Part shown: positions 37,783 to 47,923 of the stretch, piece after piece
How the letters are laid out: the number at the start of each line of letters is the position of its first letter
Numbering within the stretch: position 1 is the stretch's first letter
NCBI GenBank assembly: GCA_038209745.1
Contig: JBBQXJ010000002.1
Location: forward strand, 30,119 to 94,118
Length of the DNA stretch: 64,000 bases
Direction: 5' to 3'
Origin: Verrucomicrobiota bacterium
Lineage (GTDB): Bacteria; Verrucomicrobiota; Verrucomicrobiia; Limisphaerales; CANJSG01
Translations under genes and position numbers: made by a program
Notes under the pieces: generated by a model
Databases searched by the model: none
The model's input: the letters and a program-made list of their open reading frames with translations, nothing else
Told to the model about the DNA's origin: nothing

Positions 37783-39087
37783 TTGCCAAGGACGAGGAGA
37801 TTCAAACTGGGACTGTGGATCGGTGGGGTGCTGCTGCTGCTGCTTCCTTTGATCGGGCTCTTCGTCCTCAACTATCTGGACCAGTCTTCGCCCAGGCATC
37901 TTCCCAAGCCTCCCACGACTCGCATCGTCGTTGGTCCGCGCAAGGCGACGCCGAAGATCGCCGCGTCGGGACTGCACCTGGTGGTGCTGGTGGAAGACGG
38001 TTCGCTTTGGGGAGTTGGCTACAACGACTGGGGACAAGCGGGCGGTAAGACCACCGGAACAATGGCTTGGACGAACCAGTTCGACACATTTCCGGGCGGT
38101 TCCGATTGGGTGGACGTGGCGGCCGGAGGACCGGCGACATTCGCCATTCGCGACGACGGGACACTTTGGCAATGGGGCGCTGCATCGGGTGGACTCTGTG
38201 TGTTTCCCAAGAATGGACCGGTGCAGATCGGAACCGCCACGAACTGGAGCGCCATTTCGGCGGCGGGTGGCATCTTCGGGCTTCGTTCCGATGGAACGCT
38301 CTGGGCGTGGGGCAACAATTCGAACGGAGAACTTGGGCTAGCTTCTGGAGGCTCGCAGACCAATCCGGTTCCTCTTACGACGGACGCCGACTGGGCGGGC
38401 CTTGCTGCCGGCTCCAGCGTTTCGGCGGCCGTCAAATCGAACGGGACGGTATGGGCCTGGGGGCATATCATGTCGGGCAGTCGGTTTGACGGAACCTTGA
38501 AAGACATCGGAGTTCGCACTCCTTTCCGGCTTGGAACGAACGCCTCGTTTGTCCGGGTCCAGTGTTTGATGACGAGCGTTTTGGCCGAGGACCGTTCGGG
38601 ACGACTCTGGGAGTGCGCTCTTTCAGGAGCACCCGAGCAAGTGTGGCGATCCCTGCCGGATGTTCCGAATAGTCTCGGGTCATGGTCGGCAGGTGGGTTT
38701 GTGATCGTGGCCCTGGATCAGACGGGCAAAGCCTGGGTTTCAGGACGGAATCGTTTGGGAGTGCTGGCGAACCGGTGGGTCCGGAAAACCGAGGAATGGT
38801 TACCGGTAGAGAGAGTCGAGGGAGTCGAGGGAGGAGCTGCAGGGATGGCGGGATGGGGATGTGCGGTGCTGGCCAAAGACGGGGAGTTGCTGCTCTGGGG
38901 CAGGCGCTTTGACGACTCTGAGGGTCAAATCGAGAATCCCTTCGACCGTGCGCGAGTCTGGTTGAGTCGCTATGTGCCGAGTCTGAAGCCACGTGGCTAC
39001 GGTAGGACGCCAGCGTTCGAAATCGTGCCTTGGACGGCGGCGGAGTTCGTCCGGACAAATGAGGCCGCTGCGAATCCCATCCGGTAG
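37783..39087 (+). CDS. membrane-anchored RCC1/BLIP-II repeat beta-propeller protein
   Basis: N-terminal TM; repeated DGT/SLWxWGxNxxGxLG units. Confidence 0.87.
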   Translation: MPRTRRFKLGLWIGGVLLLLLPLIGLFVLNYLDQSSPRHLPKPPTTRIVVGPRKATPKIAASGLHLVVLVEDGSLWGVGYNDWGQAGGKTTGTMAWTNQFDTFPGGSDWVDVAAGGPATFAIRDDGTLWQWGAASGGLCVFPKNGPVQIGTATNWSAISAAGGIFGLRSDGTLWAWGNNSNGELGLASGGSQTNPVPLTTDADWAGLAAGSSVSAAVKSNGTVWAWGHIMSGSRFDGTLKDIGVRTPFRLGTNASFVRVQCLMTSVLAEDRSGRLWECALSGAPEQVWRSLPDVPNSLGSWSAGGFVIVALDQTGKAWVSGRNRLGVLANRWVRKTEEWLPVERVEGVEGGAAGMAGWGCAVLAKDGELLLWGRRFDDSEGQIENPFDRARVWLSRYVPSLKPRGYGRTPAFEIVPWTAAEFVRTNEAAANPIR

Positions 39088-39107
39088 ATCAGGCGGCGAG
39101 GTCGACA

Positions 39108-39207
39108 CGGAGCGCGGACGGTCACGTCCGCGAGGCCGGCCTCGGATGGAAAGGGGAGGTGGCTCGTTGAAGGACGCGGACTCGCGGACGTGACCGTCCG
39201 CGCTCCG
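39108..39207. repeat. GGAG-type REP doublet (REPIN-like), 27-bp perfect inverted repeat
   Basis: CGGAGCGCGGACGGTCACGTCCGCGAG (39108-39134) and its exact reverse complement (39181-39207); each arm is itself a hairpin. Confidence 0.85.
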
Positions 39208-39222
39208 GGAGCATCGTCCTCC

Positions 39223-40377
39223 TCAGCGGAAGAGCCGCTTGACCTTCTCGAAGAAGCCGCTGCTCTCGGGATTCACCTCGGCGCCGCAGACGGCGGCGAA
39301 CTCCTCCAGCTTGGCGCGCTGGGCGGAGTCGAGCCGGGTCGGGACTTCGATCTTCACGCGGACGAGCAGGTCGCCGGTGCCGTAGCCCTGGACGTTCTTC
39401 ACGCCTTTGCCCTTGAGGCGGAAGGTGGAGCTGGTCTGGGTGCCGTGCGGGATCTTGATCTGGGCCGCGCCGACGAGGGTGGGCACCTCGACTTCGCCGC
39501 CGAGCGCGGCCGTGGTGAAGCTGATGGGCACCTCGCAGTGGAGGTCGTCGCCTTCACGCTCGAAGATCTCGTGCTGCTCGACCTCGATCATCACATAAAG
39601 ATCACCGGCGGGACCGCCGTTGGTGCCGCCTTCGCCGTTGCCGGAGGAGCGGAGACGCGCACCGGTGTCCACCCCGGCGGGGATCTTGAGCTTGATGGCC
39701 GAAGTGCGTTGGTGCCGGCCGGATCCGCTGCAGGTCTTGCAGGGCCGCTCGAAGCTCCGGCCCCGGCCTTCGCAGCGGGGGCAGGTCTGGGCGATGCTGA
39801 AGATGCCGCGCGACGAGATCACCTGGCCGCGACCGCCGCAGGTGGTGCAGGTCTTCATGCCGGAACCTTTTTCTGCGCCGGCGCCGTGGCAGATCTCGCA
39901 GGTGTCGGCTTTGGTGACGGTGATCTCCTTTTCGCAGCCGAGGGCGGCTTCCATGAAGGAGATCTGGAGGTCGTAGCGCAGGTCGGAGCCGCGCTCGGCC
40001 CCGCCGGGTTGGCGCCTCTGCTGGCCGCCACCGCCGCCGCCGAAGAACGCGTCGAAGATGCTGCCGCCGTCGTCGCCGAAGACGCTGCGGAAGATGTCCG
40101 ACGGATCGTGGAAGCCGCCGCCGCGCGGGCCGCCGCCGCGTTGGCGTGGATCGAAGGCGGCGTGGCCGTATTGGTCGTAGGCGGCCCGTTTCTGGGGATC
40201 GGACAGGGCCTCGTAGGCTTCGCCGAGTTCCTTGAACTTCTCCTCCGCCGCCTTGTCGCCCGGGTTCTTGTCCGGGTGATGCTTGATGGCGAGCTTGCGG
40301 TAGGCCTTTTTCAGATCCTCCGCGGAGACGCCTTTGTCGACGCCCAGGATATCGTAATAGTCGCGCTTGGTGGCCAT
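39223..40377 (-). CDS. dnaJ: chaperone DnaJ
   Basis: J domain with HPD, G/F region, four CxxCxGxG. Confidence 0.98.
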   Translation of the reverse strand: MATKRDYYDILGVDKGVSAEDLKKAYRKLAIKHHPDKNPGDKAAEEKFKELGEAYEALSDPQKRAAYDQYGHAAFDPRQRGGGPRGGGFHDPSDIFRSVFGDDGGSIFDAFFGGGGGGQQRRQPGGAERGSDLRYDLQISFMEAALGCEKEITVTKADTCEICHGAGAEKGSGMKTCTTCGGRGQVISSRGIFSIAQTCPRCEGRGRSFERPCKTCSGSGRHQRTSAIKLKIPAGVDTGARLRSSGNGEGGTNGGPAGDLYVMIEVEQHEIFEREGDDLHCEVPISFTTAALGGEVEVPTLVGAAQIKIPHGTQTSSTFRLKGKGVKNVQGYGTGDLLVRVKIEVPTRLDSAQRAKLEEFAAVCGAEVNPESSGFFEKVKRLFR

Positions 40378-40401
40378 GAAGACGGTCTGGAAAAACTGGA
40401 G

Positions 40402-40983
40402 TTAAGCCGTGGGCTTCTTGGCGACGACGACGGTGGCGGCGCGCATGAGGCGGTCGCGCATCTTGTAGCCCTTGCGCAGCTGCTGGAGGACGGCGCCTTC
40501 CGGCACGTCGGCCGATTCCACCTGGGAGACGGCTTCGTGCAGGTTGGGATCGAACGGCTGGCCGGCGGCGTCGATCTCCTCGACGCCGGAGTCGGACAGC
40601 ACGCCCTTCACCTGCGAAAGGATCATCTGGACGCCAGCCTTGAGGGAATCGGTCGCCGCGCCCTCGGCGGAACCGGCGGACTGCATGGCCATCTCGAAGT
40701 TGTCCACCACAGGGAGGAGCTTGGAGAGGATGCGCTCTTGGGCGTTGCGGACGGCGTCGTCGCGGTCGCGGGCGGCGCGTTTGCGGTAGTTGTCCATGTC
40801 CGCGGTGAGGCGGAGGAGGCGGTCCCAATGCTCGTCGGCCTTGGCGGCCTTGGCCTGGAGTTCCCCGATCTGTTCGGGGGTCAACGGCTCCGTCGGCATG
40901 GCGCCGCCTTCGGCCGCCTCGTCGGTGGCCGGGTTGTTCGTCGTGGGTTCCGCTGCTGATTCGTTCTCCGATTCCGTGCTCAT
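40402..40983 (-). CDS. grpE: nucleotide exchange factor GrpE
   Basis: LRLTADMDNYRKR, LLPVVDNFE, FDPNLHEA, KGY..RLMRAATVVVA. Confidence 0.96.
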   Translation of the reverse strand: MSTESENESAAEPTTNNPATDEAAEGGAMPTEPLTPEQIGELQAKAAKADEHWDRLLRLTADMDNYRKRAARDRDDAVRNAQERILSKLLPVVDNFEMAMQSAGSAEGAATDSLKAGVQMILSQVKGVLSDSGVEEIDAAGQPFDPNLHEAVSQVESADVPEGAVLQQLRKGYKMRDRLMRAATVVVAKKPTA

Positions 40984-41198
40984 GTCTCTAGATCCAATGC
41001 CAAAATGAGGGGGTAACGTAAGCACCTCGCGGAGGTGGGGCAATAGCGGGAGTGGAGGGATTTGGGAGTGCCGGTCGGCTCGAGAGAACCTGGCGTCCAA
41101 ACCTTGGACCGCGAAGGCGCCCAGCCCGGTCGCTGGACCTGGATGGGGCCCGGTGCGGGCCGGATTTCTGGATCGTTCAGATCGGCTGGAGGCCGGGA

Positions 41199-44100
41199 TC
41201 AGCTCTCCGCGGTCGCGGGAATTGCCGTTTCCGCAGACTCGGCTTCGACGGGCTTCTTTCCTCCGAACCAGACCCGGAGATCGTCGAGCAGCGTATAGAC
41301 CACGGGGATGACGAACAGGGTCAGGAAAGTGCTGGTCAACATGCCGCCCACGACCGCGATGCCCATGGGGCGCCGGCTTTCTGAGCCGGCGCCGAAGCCG
41401 ATGGCGATGGGCAGGATGCCGGCGATGGTGGAGAGCGCGGTCATCAGAATCGGACGGAGCCGGACGCGACCGGCGGCGACCATGGCGGTGTGGGAGTCGC
41501 TGCCCTTGGCCGTTTGCTGGTTGGCGTATTCGACGAGGAGGATGGAGTTCTTGGTCACCAGGCCGATGAGAAGGATGAGGCCGATCTGGCTGAAGAGATT
41601 GACGTTCATCGCCGGGATGGGGGAGTAGAGCCCCATTTTCCCGCCTTCGTTGAGCAGCCAAAGAGCGCCGAACGCACCGACGGCGGCCAACGGCACGGCG
41701 AGGATCACGGTGAAGGGATGGATGAGGCTCTCGAACTGGGCGGCGAGGGTCATGTAGACGATCACCAGGGCCAGGCCCAGCACCCACCAGATCTCGCCGG
41801 AAGTATCGGCCAGGTTCTTGGCGTCGCCGCCCCAGGCGTAAAGGAAGCCGGGTGGCAGCGCTTCAGCCAGGAGCGGCTCCACGATCTGGACCACCGTGCC
41901 GATGGGCGCGGCGCCCACGGAGGCGGTGATGCTGGCGGAGCGGAGGCGGCCGTAGTGGCTGATGGAATTCGGGGCGGCTCCCTCGGTGCGGGTGACGATG
42001 GAGCTGAGCTGGATGAGGTCGCCCCGGTTGTTCCGCACGAAGACTTTGTCGAGGTCGGACGGCGTCAGGCGGGAGGCGCGTTCGAGCTGGGCCATGACCT
42101 TGTATTCCTTGCCCTCGACCTTGATGCGGCTGAGGTCGAGGCCGCCGAAGAGGATCTGCATCGTGCGCGAAATCTCGGCGATGCTGACGCCGAGCGCGGC
42201 GGCGCGGCCGCGGTCGATGTTGATGCGGAGCTCGGGTTTGTTGACCTCGTAGCCGATGCGGACGTTCGTGAGGAGTGGCTGTCCGGCCGAATTGGTCAGG
42301 CCGCGGAGTCGGTTGGCCATGGCGGTGCCGGTGGTGTTGAGGGCGGCGAGATCCTGGTTTTGGAGGATCAGTTCGAACGGGGAGGAGTTGAAGCCGGTCT
42401 CGATCGCCTTGGGCAGGTTGGCGATGGCGATGCCGCCCTCGACCTGGGAGAAGAACTGCTGGGAGATGCCGCCCGGGCCATTGACCATGTCCTGCACCGA
42501 GTGCTCGCGTTGGCCGCGATCCACGAAGCTGACGAAGAGCACGCCGAGGCTCGACTGGCCCGGGCCGCTGAACCCCGGAGCCACGATGGCGCCGTAGCTC
42601 TGGACTTCGGGGTATTTCGCAATGATCGCTTCGGCTTTCCGGAGCTGCCGGTCGGTGTATTCGGAAGTCGAGCCGTTGGGGGTGATGACCAGGGAGAACA
42701 GCCGGCCCTTGTCCTCGATCGGCAGGTAGTCCTGATCGAGCCCACGGTAGGCCAGGATCATCAGGCCGACGGTGGCCGCCGTGACCATGAGCGCCACCCC
42801 GCGGTGGCGGAGCGACCAGCGCAACGCCCGGGAATAGTGGCCGGTGATCCAGTCGAGAGTCGCCTCGAACATGGCGAAGAGGCCTCGTGCCTTCGTCTTC
42901 TGGACCGGGCGAAGGATCTTCGCGGCCATGGCCGGAGTGAGCGTCAAGGCGACGAAGGCCGAGATGACGACGGCGCCCGACACCGCCACGGCGAACTCGA
43001 GGAAGAGCCTCCCAGTCGTGCTCTTCTGGAAGGCCAACGGGGTGAAGACGGCGACGAGCGACACGGTGATGGCGATGACCGCGACGCTGATCTCCTCCAT
43101 CGCCTTGAACGCGGCCTTGACCGGTGTCATGCCTTCCTCGATGTGGCGATAGATTGCCTCCAGCACGACGATGGCGTCGTCCACGACGACGCCGATGGCG
43201 AGCACCAGCGCGAGCATGGTGAGGATGTTGATGGAAAATCCGAAGGCGTAGAGCAGGGCGAAGGTACCGATGATCGACACTGGAATGGCGACCGCCGGAA
43301 TGATGGTGGAACGGACGTTCCGCAGGAAAACGAAGATGATCAGCACCACGAGGCCGAACGCGATGCCGAGGGTTTCCCAGACTTCTGAAACCGCCTTCTC
43401 CACGTAGATGCTGCTGTCGTAGGCGACCCAGAAGTCGGTGCCTTCGGGCAGGGTCGGCCTGATGGCTTCCAGCTCGTCCTTGATCCCGTGGGCGACGGAG
43501 ACGGTGTTGGCCTTGGCCTGTTTGACGACTCCGAGGAAGACGCAGGGCTTGCCCCGGGCGCGGGCGATGGTGCTGTAGTTCTCGACGCCTTCCTCCGCTT
43601 TTCCGATGTCGCTGAGGCGGACGAGCGTGGTGCCGACCGAGCGGATGACGAGGTTGTTGAACTCCGCCGCCGTCTTGAGTTCGCCGCGCATCTGGATGGA
43701 CATCTCGCGGTCGAGGTTTTCCACCTTGCCGCTGGGGAGTTCGACGTTCTGGTTGCGCAGCGCCGATTCCACGTCGAGCACGGTGACGGCGCGGGCGGCC
43801 ATCTTCTCGGAATCGAGCCAGAGCCGCATGGCGAAGCGTTTCTCGCCGCCGATGGTGACGGAGGAGACGCCGGGAACGCCCTGGAAGCGCGGCTTGATCT
43901 GGCGCTCGGCGATGGTGGTGAGCTCCTGCGGGGTGTAGCGGTCGCTGTTCAACGCGGTCCAAAGAACGGGCTGCGCGTCCGAATCCTGCTTCGAGACGAT
44001 CGGTTCCAGGATGTCGTTGGGCAGGGAACCGCGAACACGGGAGACGCGGTCCCGGACGTCCTGGGCCGCGATGTCGATGTCGCGCGAGAGGTCGAACTCG

Positions 44101-44378
44101 ATGGTGATGTTGCCGACGCCTTCGCGGCTTTCGGAGCGGAGGGTCTTGATGCCCTCGATGTTGTTGATCGCCTCTTCGAGCCGTTCCGTGACCTCGGTCT
44201 CGACCACCTGGGCGTTGGCGCCGGGATAGACGGTGCTGACGCTGATGATGGGAGGATCGATGTCGGGCAGCTCGCGGACGGGGAGCCGGGTGAGCGCGAT
44301 GACGCCGCCGAGCACCAGCGCGAGATTCATCATCGTCGCGAGGATCGGCCGTTGGATGGAGACTTTGGAGAGGAACAT
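41199..44378 (-). CDS. RND efflux permease (AcrB/HAE1 family)
   Basis: 1059 aa; AIGVVVDDAIVV, GLVTKNSIL, RLRPILMT. Confidence 0.96.
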   Translation of the reverse strand: MFLSKVSIQRPILATMMNLALVLGGVIALTRLPVRELPDIDPPIISVSTVYPGANAQVVETEVTERLEEAINNIEGIKTLRSESREGVGNITIEFDLSRDIDIAAQDVRDRVSRVRGSLPNDILEPIVSKQDSDAQPVLWTALNSDRYTPQELTTIAERQIKPRFQGVPGVSSVTIGGEKRFAMRLWLDSEKMAARAVTVLDVESALRNQNVELPSGKVENLDREMSIQMRGELKTAAEFNNLVIRSVGTTLVRLSDIGKAEEGVENYSTIARARGKPCVFLGVVKQAKANTVSVAHGIKDELEAIRPTLPEGTDFWVAYDSSIYVEKAVSEVWETLGIAFGLVVLIIFVFLRNVRSTIIPAVAIPVSIIGTFALLYAFGFSINILTMLALVLAIGVVVDDAIVVLEAIYRHIEEGMTPVKAAFKAMEEISVAVIAITVSLVAVFTPLAFQKSTTGRLFLEFAVAVSGAVVISAFVALTLTPAMAAKILRPVQKTKARGLFAMFEATLDWITGHYSRALRWSLRHRGVALMVTAATVGLMILAYRGLDQDYLPIEDKGRLFSLVITPNGSTSEYTDRQLRKAEAIIAKYPEVQSYGAIVAPGFSGPGQSSLGVLFVSFVDRGQREHSVQDMVNGPGGISQQFFSQVEGGIAIANLPKAIETGFNSSPFELILQNQDLAALNTTGTAMANRLRGLTNSAGQPLLTNVRIGYEVNKPELRINIDRGRAAALGVSIAEISRTMQILFGGLDLSRIKVEGKEYKVMAQLERASRLTPSDLDKVFVRNNRGDLIQLSSIVTRTEGAAPNSISHYGRLRSASITASVGAAPIGTVVQIVEPLLAEALPPGFLYAWGGDAKNLADTSGEIWWVLGLALVIVYMTLAAQFESLIHPFTVILAVPLAAVGAFGALWLLNEGGKMGLYSPIPAMNVNLFSQIGLILLIGLVTKNSILLVEYANQQTAKGSDSHTAMVAAGRVRLRPILMTALSTIAGILPIAIGFGAGSESRRPMGIAVVGGMLTSTFLTLFVIPVVYTLLDDLRVWFGGKKPVEAESAETAIPATAES

Positions 44379-44394
44379 CGTGAAGGTCCCTTGA

Positions 44395-45474
44395 TCAGTC
44401 CTTGTAGGGCGCGGCCGCCTCTTCGGGTCCCAGCTTGACCGGTGCCCCGGGCCGCAGTTTCTGGACGCCTTCCACCACGACCATTTCCCCTTCGGTCAAA
44501 CCGCTGACGACCTCGGCTTTGCCGGCGATGCGGAGGCCGACCTTCACCGGCTTCATCACGGCGGTGTTCGACGGGGTGATGGCGAAGACCATCGTGATGT
44601 CCCCGTTGTTGATGATGGAGGGCTCCGGGATGACCAGCGCCGCCTCGCGCAGCTGCAACGCGAGGTCGAGCCCGGCGAACATGCCGCCGCGGAGCTTGAG
44701 GTCCGGGTTGGCGATCCGGGCCTTGACCAGCGCCGTGCGGGTGGAGGTGTCGAGCTGGGGCGCGATGAAATAGACTTCGCCGGTGAACTTTTCGCCGGGA
44801 TAGGCGGCGACGTTGAAGCCGACCCTCTGCCCGATCCTGAGCTGGCGCAGGTAGCGTTCGGGCACGTTGACCTCGACCTTCACGGTGTCCAGATCGACCA
44901 CCGAAGTGAGCTGGGTGGCTTTGCTGATGACCTGGCCGGCGCTGATCAGCCGGGCCCCCGCGATACCGGCGAACGGCGTGACGATCCGCGTATCCTTCAT
45001 CTCGCGGCGTCGTAGCTCCACCGCGGCCTGGTTGGCGGCGAAGGTCGCCGACGCCGTGTCGAACTCCTGCTGGGAGATAAGGTGGTCGGCCAGAAGCTGC
45101 CGGGTCCGGTCAAAGGAACTCTGGGCGAGCTTGAGGTTGGCCTCGGTCTGGGAGAGCTGGGCCTGGAACTTGGAAGCGTCGAGCGCGACCAGGAGTTGGC
45201 CTTTCTCCACCCGCTGGCCTTCGTCGAAATTGATCTCGGTGACCAATCCATCCACCTCGGAGCGGACATCGATCATCTCGTTCGGCGCGATCGACCCGAC
45301 CAGCGAAATGGATTCGGAGATGGGCGTTTTCTTGGCGGGAACAGCAATGACCTGGGTGGCCATACCGCCGGGAGCTCCTTTGGGGACGCCGTCGGCCGCC
45401 GGTTTCTTACCGCAGGCTGTGGAGATCAGGAGAAGGGAAGCGGAGCAGGCTGTCGCAATGCATCTGGCAGTCAT
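44395..45474 (-). CDS. RND periplasmic adaptor (MFP) lipoprotein
   Basis: STAC lipobox; EGQRVEKGQLL lipoyl half, hairpin, GLTEGEMVVVEG. Confidence 0.93.
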   Translation of the reverse strand: MTARCIATACSASLLLISTACGKKPAADGVPKGAPGGMATQVIAVPAKKTPISESISLVGSIAPNEMIDVRSEVDGLVTEINFDEGQRVEKGQLLVALDASKFQAQLSQTEANLKLAQSSFDRTRQLLADHLISQQEFDTASATFAANQAAVELRRREMKDTRIVTPFAGIAGARLISAGQVISKATQLTSVVDLDTVKVEVNVPERYLRQLRIGQRVGFNVAAYPGEKFTGEVYFIAPQLDTSTRTALVKARIANPDLKLRGGMFAGLDLALQLREAALVIPEPSIINNGDITMVFAITPSNTAVMKPVKVGLRIAGKAEVVSGLTEGEMVVVEGVQKLRPGAPVKLGPEEAAAPYKD

Positions 45475-45573
45475 GTTGTTCACGGAAGGGTGGCAAGCTA
45501 TTGGGTTCCTTCGCCATCGCAAAATTCCCTCTTGAATGTGTTGCCGTCAGGGAGACGGCCCGCTGTCTTCCGG

Positions 45574-46026
45574 CTATTCCCGTAGTTTCGAATCGATGAT
45601 CAAGGTCACAGGGCCGTCGTTGACCAGTCCCACCTGCATGTCGGCGCCGAAGATTCCGCTGGGGATGGTGCGCCCCAAGAGATCCTCCAGCTTCTGGCGG
45701 AAGGCTTTGTAGAGCGGGATCGCGAGTTTGGGTTTGGCGGCGCGATGCCACGAAGGGCGAGTGCCTTTCCTGTTGCTGGGCAGCAGCGTGAACTGGCTGA
45801 CGAGGAGAATGTCGCCGCCAGCTTCGATCACGGATCGGTTCATAGTGCCAGATTCGTCGTCGAAGACGTGGAGCTGGACGAGCTTGTTGACCAACCAATT
45901 GATGTCGTCCGCAGTGTCCGTCGGTTCGACGCCAAACAACACCAGTAGCCCCGGCCCGATGGATCCCACCGTTTCTCCGCCCGTCCGGACATTGGCTTCG
46001 GTGACACGTTGGAGGACGAGGCGCAC
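45574..46026 (-). CDS. dtd: D-aminoacyl-tRNA deacylase
   Basis: GTG start; RLVLQRV, SQFTL, FGADM..NDGPVT. Confidence 0.95.
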   Translation of the reverse strand: MRLVLQRVTEANVRTGGETVGSIGPGLLVLFGVEPTDTADDINWLVNKLVQLHVFDDESGTMNRSVIEAGGDILLVSQFTLLPSNRKGTRPSWHRAAKPKLAIPLYKAFRQKLEDLLGRTIPSGIFGADMQVGLVNDGPVTLIIDSKLRE

Positions 46027-46452
46027 ATGGCGATTCCACTCCCGAGCCGCTCCGAGCACAAGACGGTTGAGTTGCCCTTGGCTGGTCGCAGTCTCCACTT
46101 GGGGCGAGCGGTTCACGGATTCTAGGGTTGGCAAAAACGAGAGAAGTGACCCATCGGAGGACGGATTTCTGGAGAAAGAGTGGTCGCGACCTGTTTTCCG
46201 GCAGCCTGCACGTCGGTCGATGGCCATCCAAGTTATCTCATCGGAAGGTCCGGCTGCGGTTACGGTCCGAAGAGATTTGCCGAAAGACTTTGCTTGTTTG
46301 CCGAAACGAGTCACATTGCGCACCTGTTTGATAGCTTGTCGCTTTCAAGGCATGGGAATCCTCAGTTGAAGTCAATTCAGTGATGATTTTAGACCCGATC
46401 GTCGGGAACAGTCTGGAAATAGCAGCAGTCAGTTCAGGATAGTAATCATCAT

Positions 46453-46806
<354 letters not shown>

Positions 46807-46831
46807 GCGACCCTGCTATTTGTTTTCACAC

Positions 46832-46857
46832 AGGCCCGGCGAAAGCCGGGCCTTTTT
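46832..46857 (+). terminator. intrinsic terminator
   Basis: AGGCCCGGC-GAAA-GCCGGGCCT-TTTT. Confidence 0.9.
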
Positions 46858-46907
46858 CGTGCTCAGATTGGCTTGGACCGAGCGGCGGAAGAGACGACGC
46901 AGCAGTG

Positions 46908-47693
46908 TCAGAGGTCGACTCCCGTGACGGCCACTCCCAAACGCTGGATTTTCTTGAGAATTGGAGCGGTTTCCGGGGTTCGGTTGGTGAAGAGATGGTC
47001 CAGCTCGCGCACGGAACAAAGCTCGCACATGGCTTGGCGTCCGATCTTGGAATGGTCCGCCAGCACGACCAGCTTCGCGGCCTGTTCAATCATCAGCTTC
47101 TCGCTGGCGAGAACGGTTTCGTTGTAGTTCGCGACTCCTTTCTCATCCACGCCGGCCGCGCCGAGGAAAGCCCATTGGGCGTGGTAGCGCCGGATGAAGT
47201 CCTCCGCCTGCGGGCCGACGACCAATCCCGACTCGGGCTCCAGCAAGCCGCCGGCAAGATAGACTTCCGCGCCGAGCTTGCCGGCCTTGAGGCGGTCGAT
47301 GGCCTGGGCGATGACGAGCGAGTTGGTGATGACGCGGATGCGTTTCAGCGCGATGAACTCGGCCAATTGGAACGTCGTCGTGCCGCCGTCGATCATGACC
47401 ACGTCGCCGTCCTTCAGCAGTTCGGCGGTGGCGCGGGCGATGGCGCGTTTGGCATCGATCTCCTGTTCCAGTCGTTTGGCGAAGGCGGGTGGTCCCATCT
47501 GCAACGCCCTCGGACCGGCCAACCGGATGCCGCCCCAGGTGCGTTCGACCTGACCGGTCTGCTCCAATTCCACGAAGGCACGCCGGATCGTCGCCGGCGA
47601 CACGGTCAGCCGCTCACAGGCTTCCATGAGCGACAACTCGGGATCGTCCTGCAGGAGCTGGAGGATCTGCTTGAGGCGGAGACGGCGTTTCAT
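46908..47693 (-). CDS. DeoR/GlpR family transcriptional regulator (probable rhamnose regulator)
   Basis: VSPATIRR HTH, IDGGTT, ITNSL, LADHSK; divergent from the rhamnulose-P aldolase gene. Confidence 0.92.
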   Translation of the reverse strand: MKRRLRLKQILQLLQDDPELSLMEACERLTVSPATIRRAFVELEQTGQVERTWGGIRLAGPRALQMGPPAFAKRLEQEIDAKRAIARATAELLKDGDVVMIDGGTTTFQLAEFIALKRIRVITNSLVIAQAIDRLKAGKLGAEVYLAGGLLEPESGLVVGPQAEDFIRRYHAQWAFLGAAGVDEKGVANYNETVLASEKLMIEQAAKLVVLADHSKIGRQAMCELCSVRELDHLFTNRTPETAPILKKIQRLGVAVTGVDL

Positions 47694-47698
47694 GAGGA

Positions 47699-47829
47699 AG
47701 ACACGAATTTCACGAATTTCCACGAATGACCGGAACGGGCCATAACACATCAGATTCGAGGACGAGGCGAGCCAGCCAAACGAACGAAGCCGTCGCTGCG
47801 ATTCGTGCCAATTGGTGCAATTCGTGTCT
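47699..47829. repeat. ACACGAA-periodic palindromic element, 29-bp arms
   Basis: AGACACGAATTTCACGAATTTCCACGAAT (47699-47727) vs ATTCGTGCCAATTGGTGCAATTCGTGTCT (47801-47829): inverted, 4 mismatches. Confidence 0.8.
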
Positions 47830-47888
47830 CACAGAAGTCGCAAAGTTTGTGTTTGACGCTGCGAACAAATTCTTCAGATTTCGCTCAT

Positions 47889-47907
47889 AAATCAATCACT
47901 TTGATTT
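47889..47907. promoter_or_regulatory. candidate operator palindrome downstream of a TTGACG -35-like box
   Basis: AAATCAA-N5-TTGATTT just upstream of the aldolase start. Confidence 0.45.
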
Positions 47908-47923
47908 CCGACCTTTTCCAAAC

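Noticed and set aside
41040-41080. CIRCE element upstream of grpE
   Set aside because: Only a GGCACTC half-site on the minus strand; no matching GAGTGC arm at 9-bp spacing.
46030-46330. ncRNA (tmRNA-like GGGGC start) in the dtd-RRM gap
   Set aside because: No tRNA-like ends, tag frame or other recognisable family structure.
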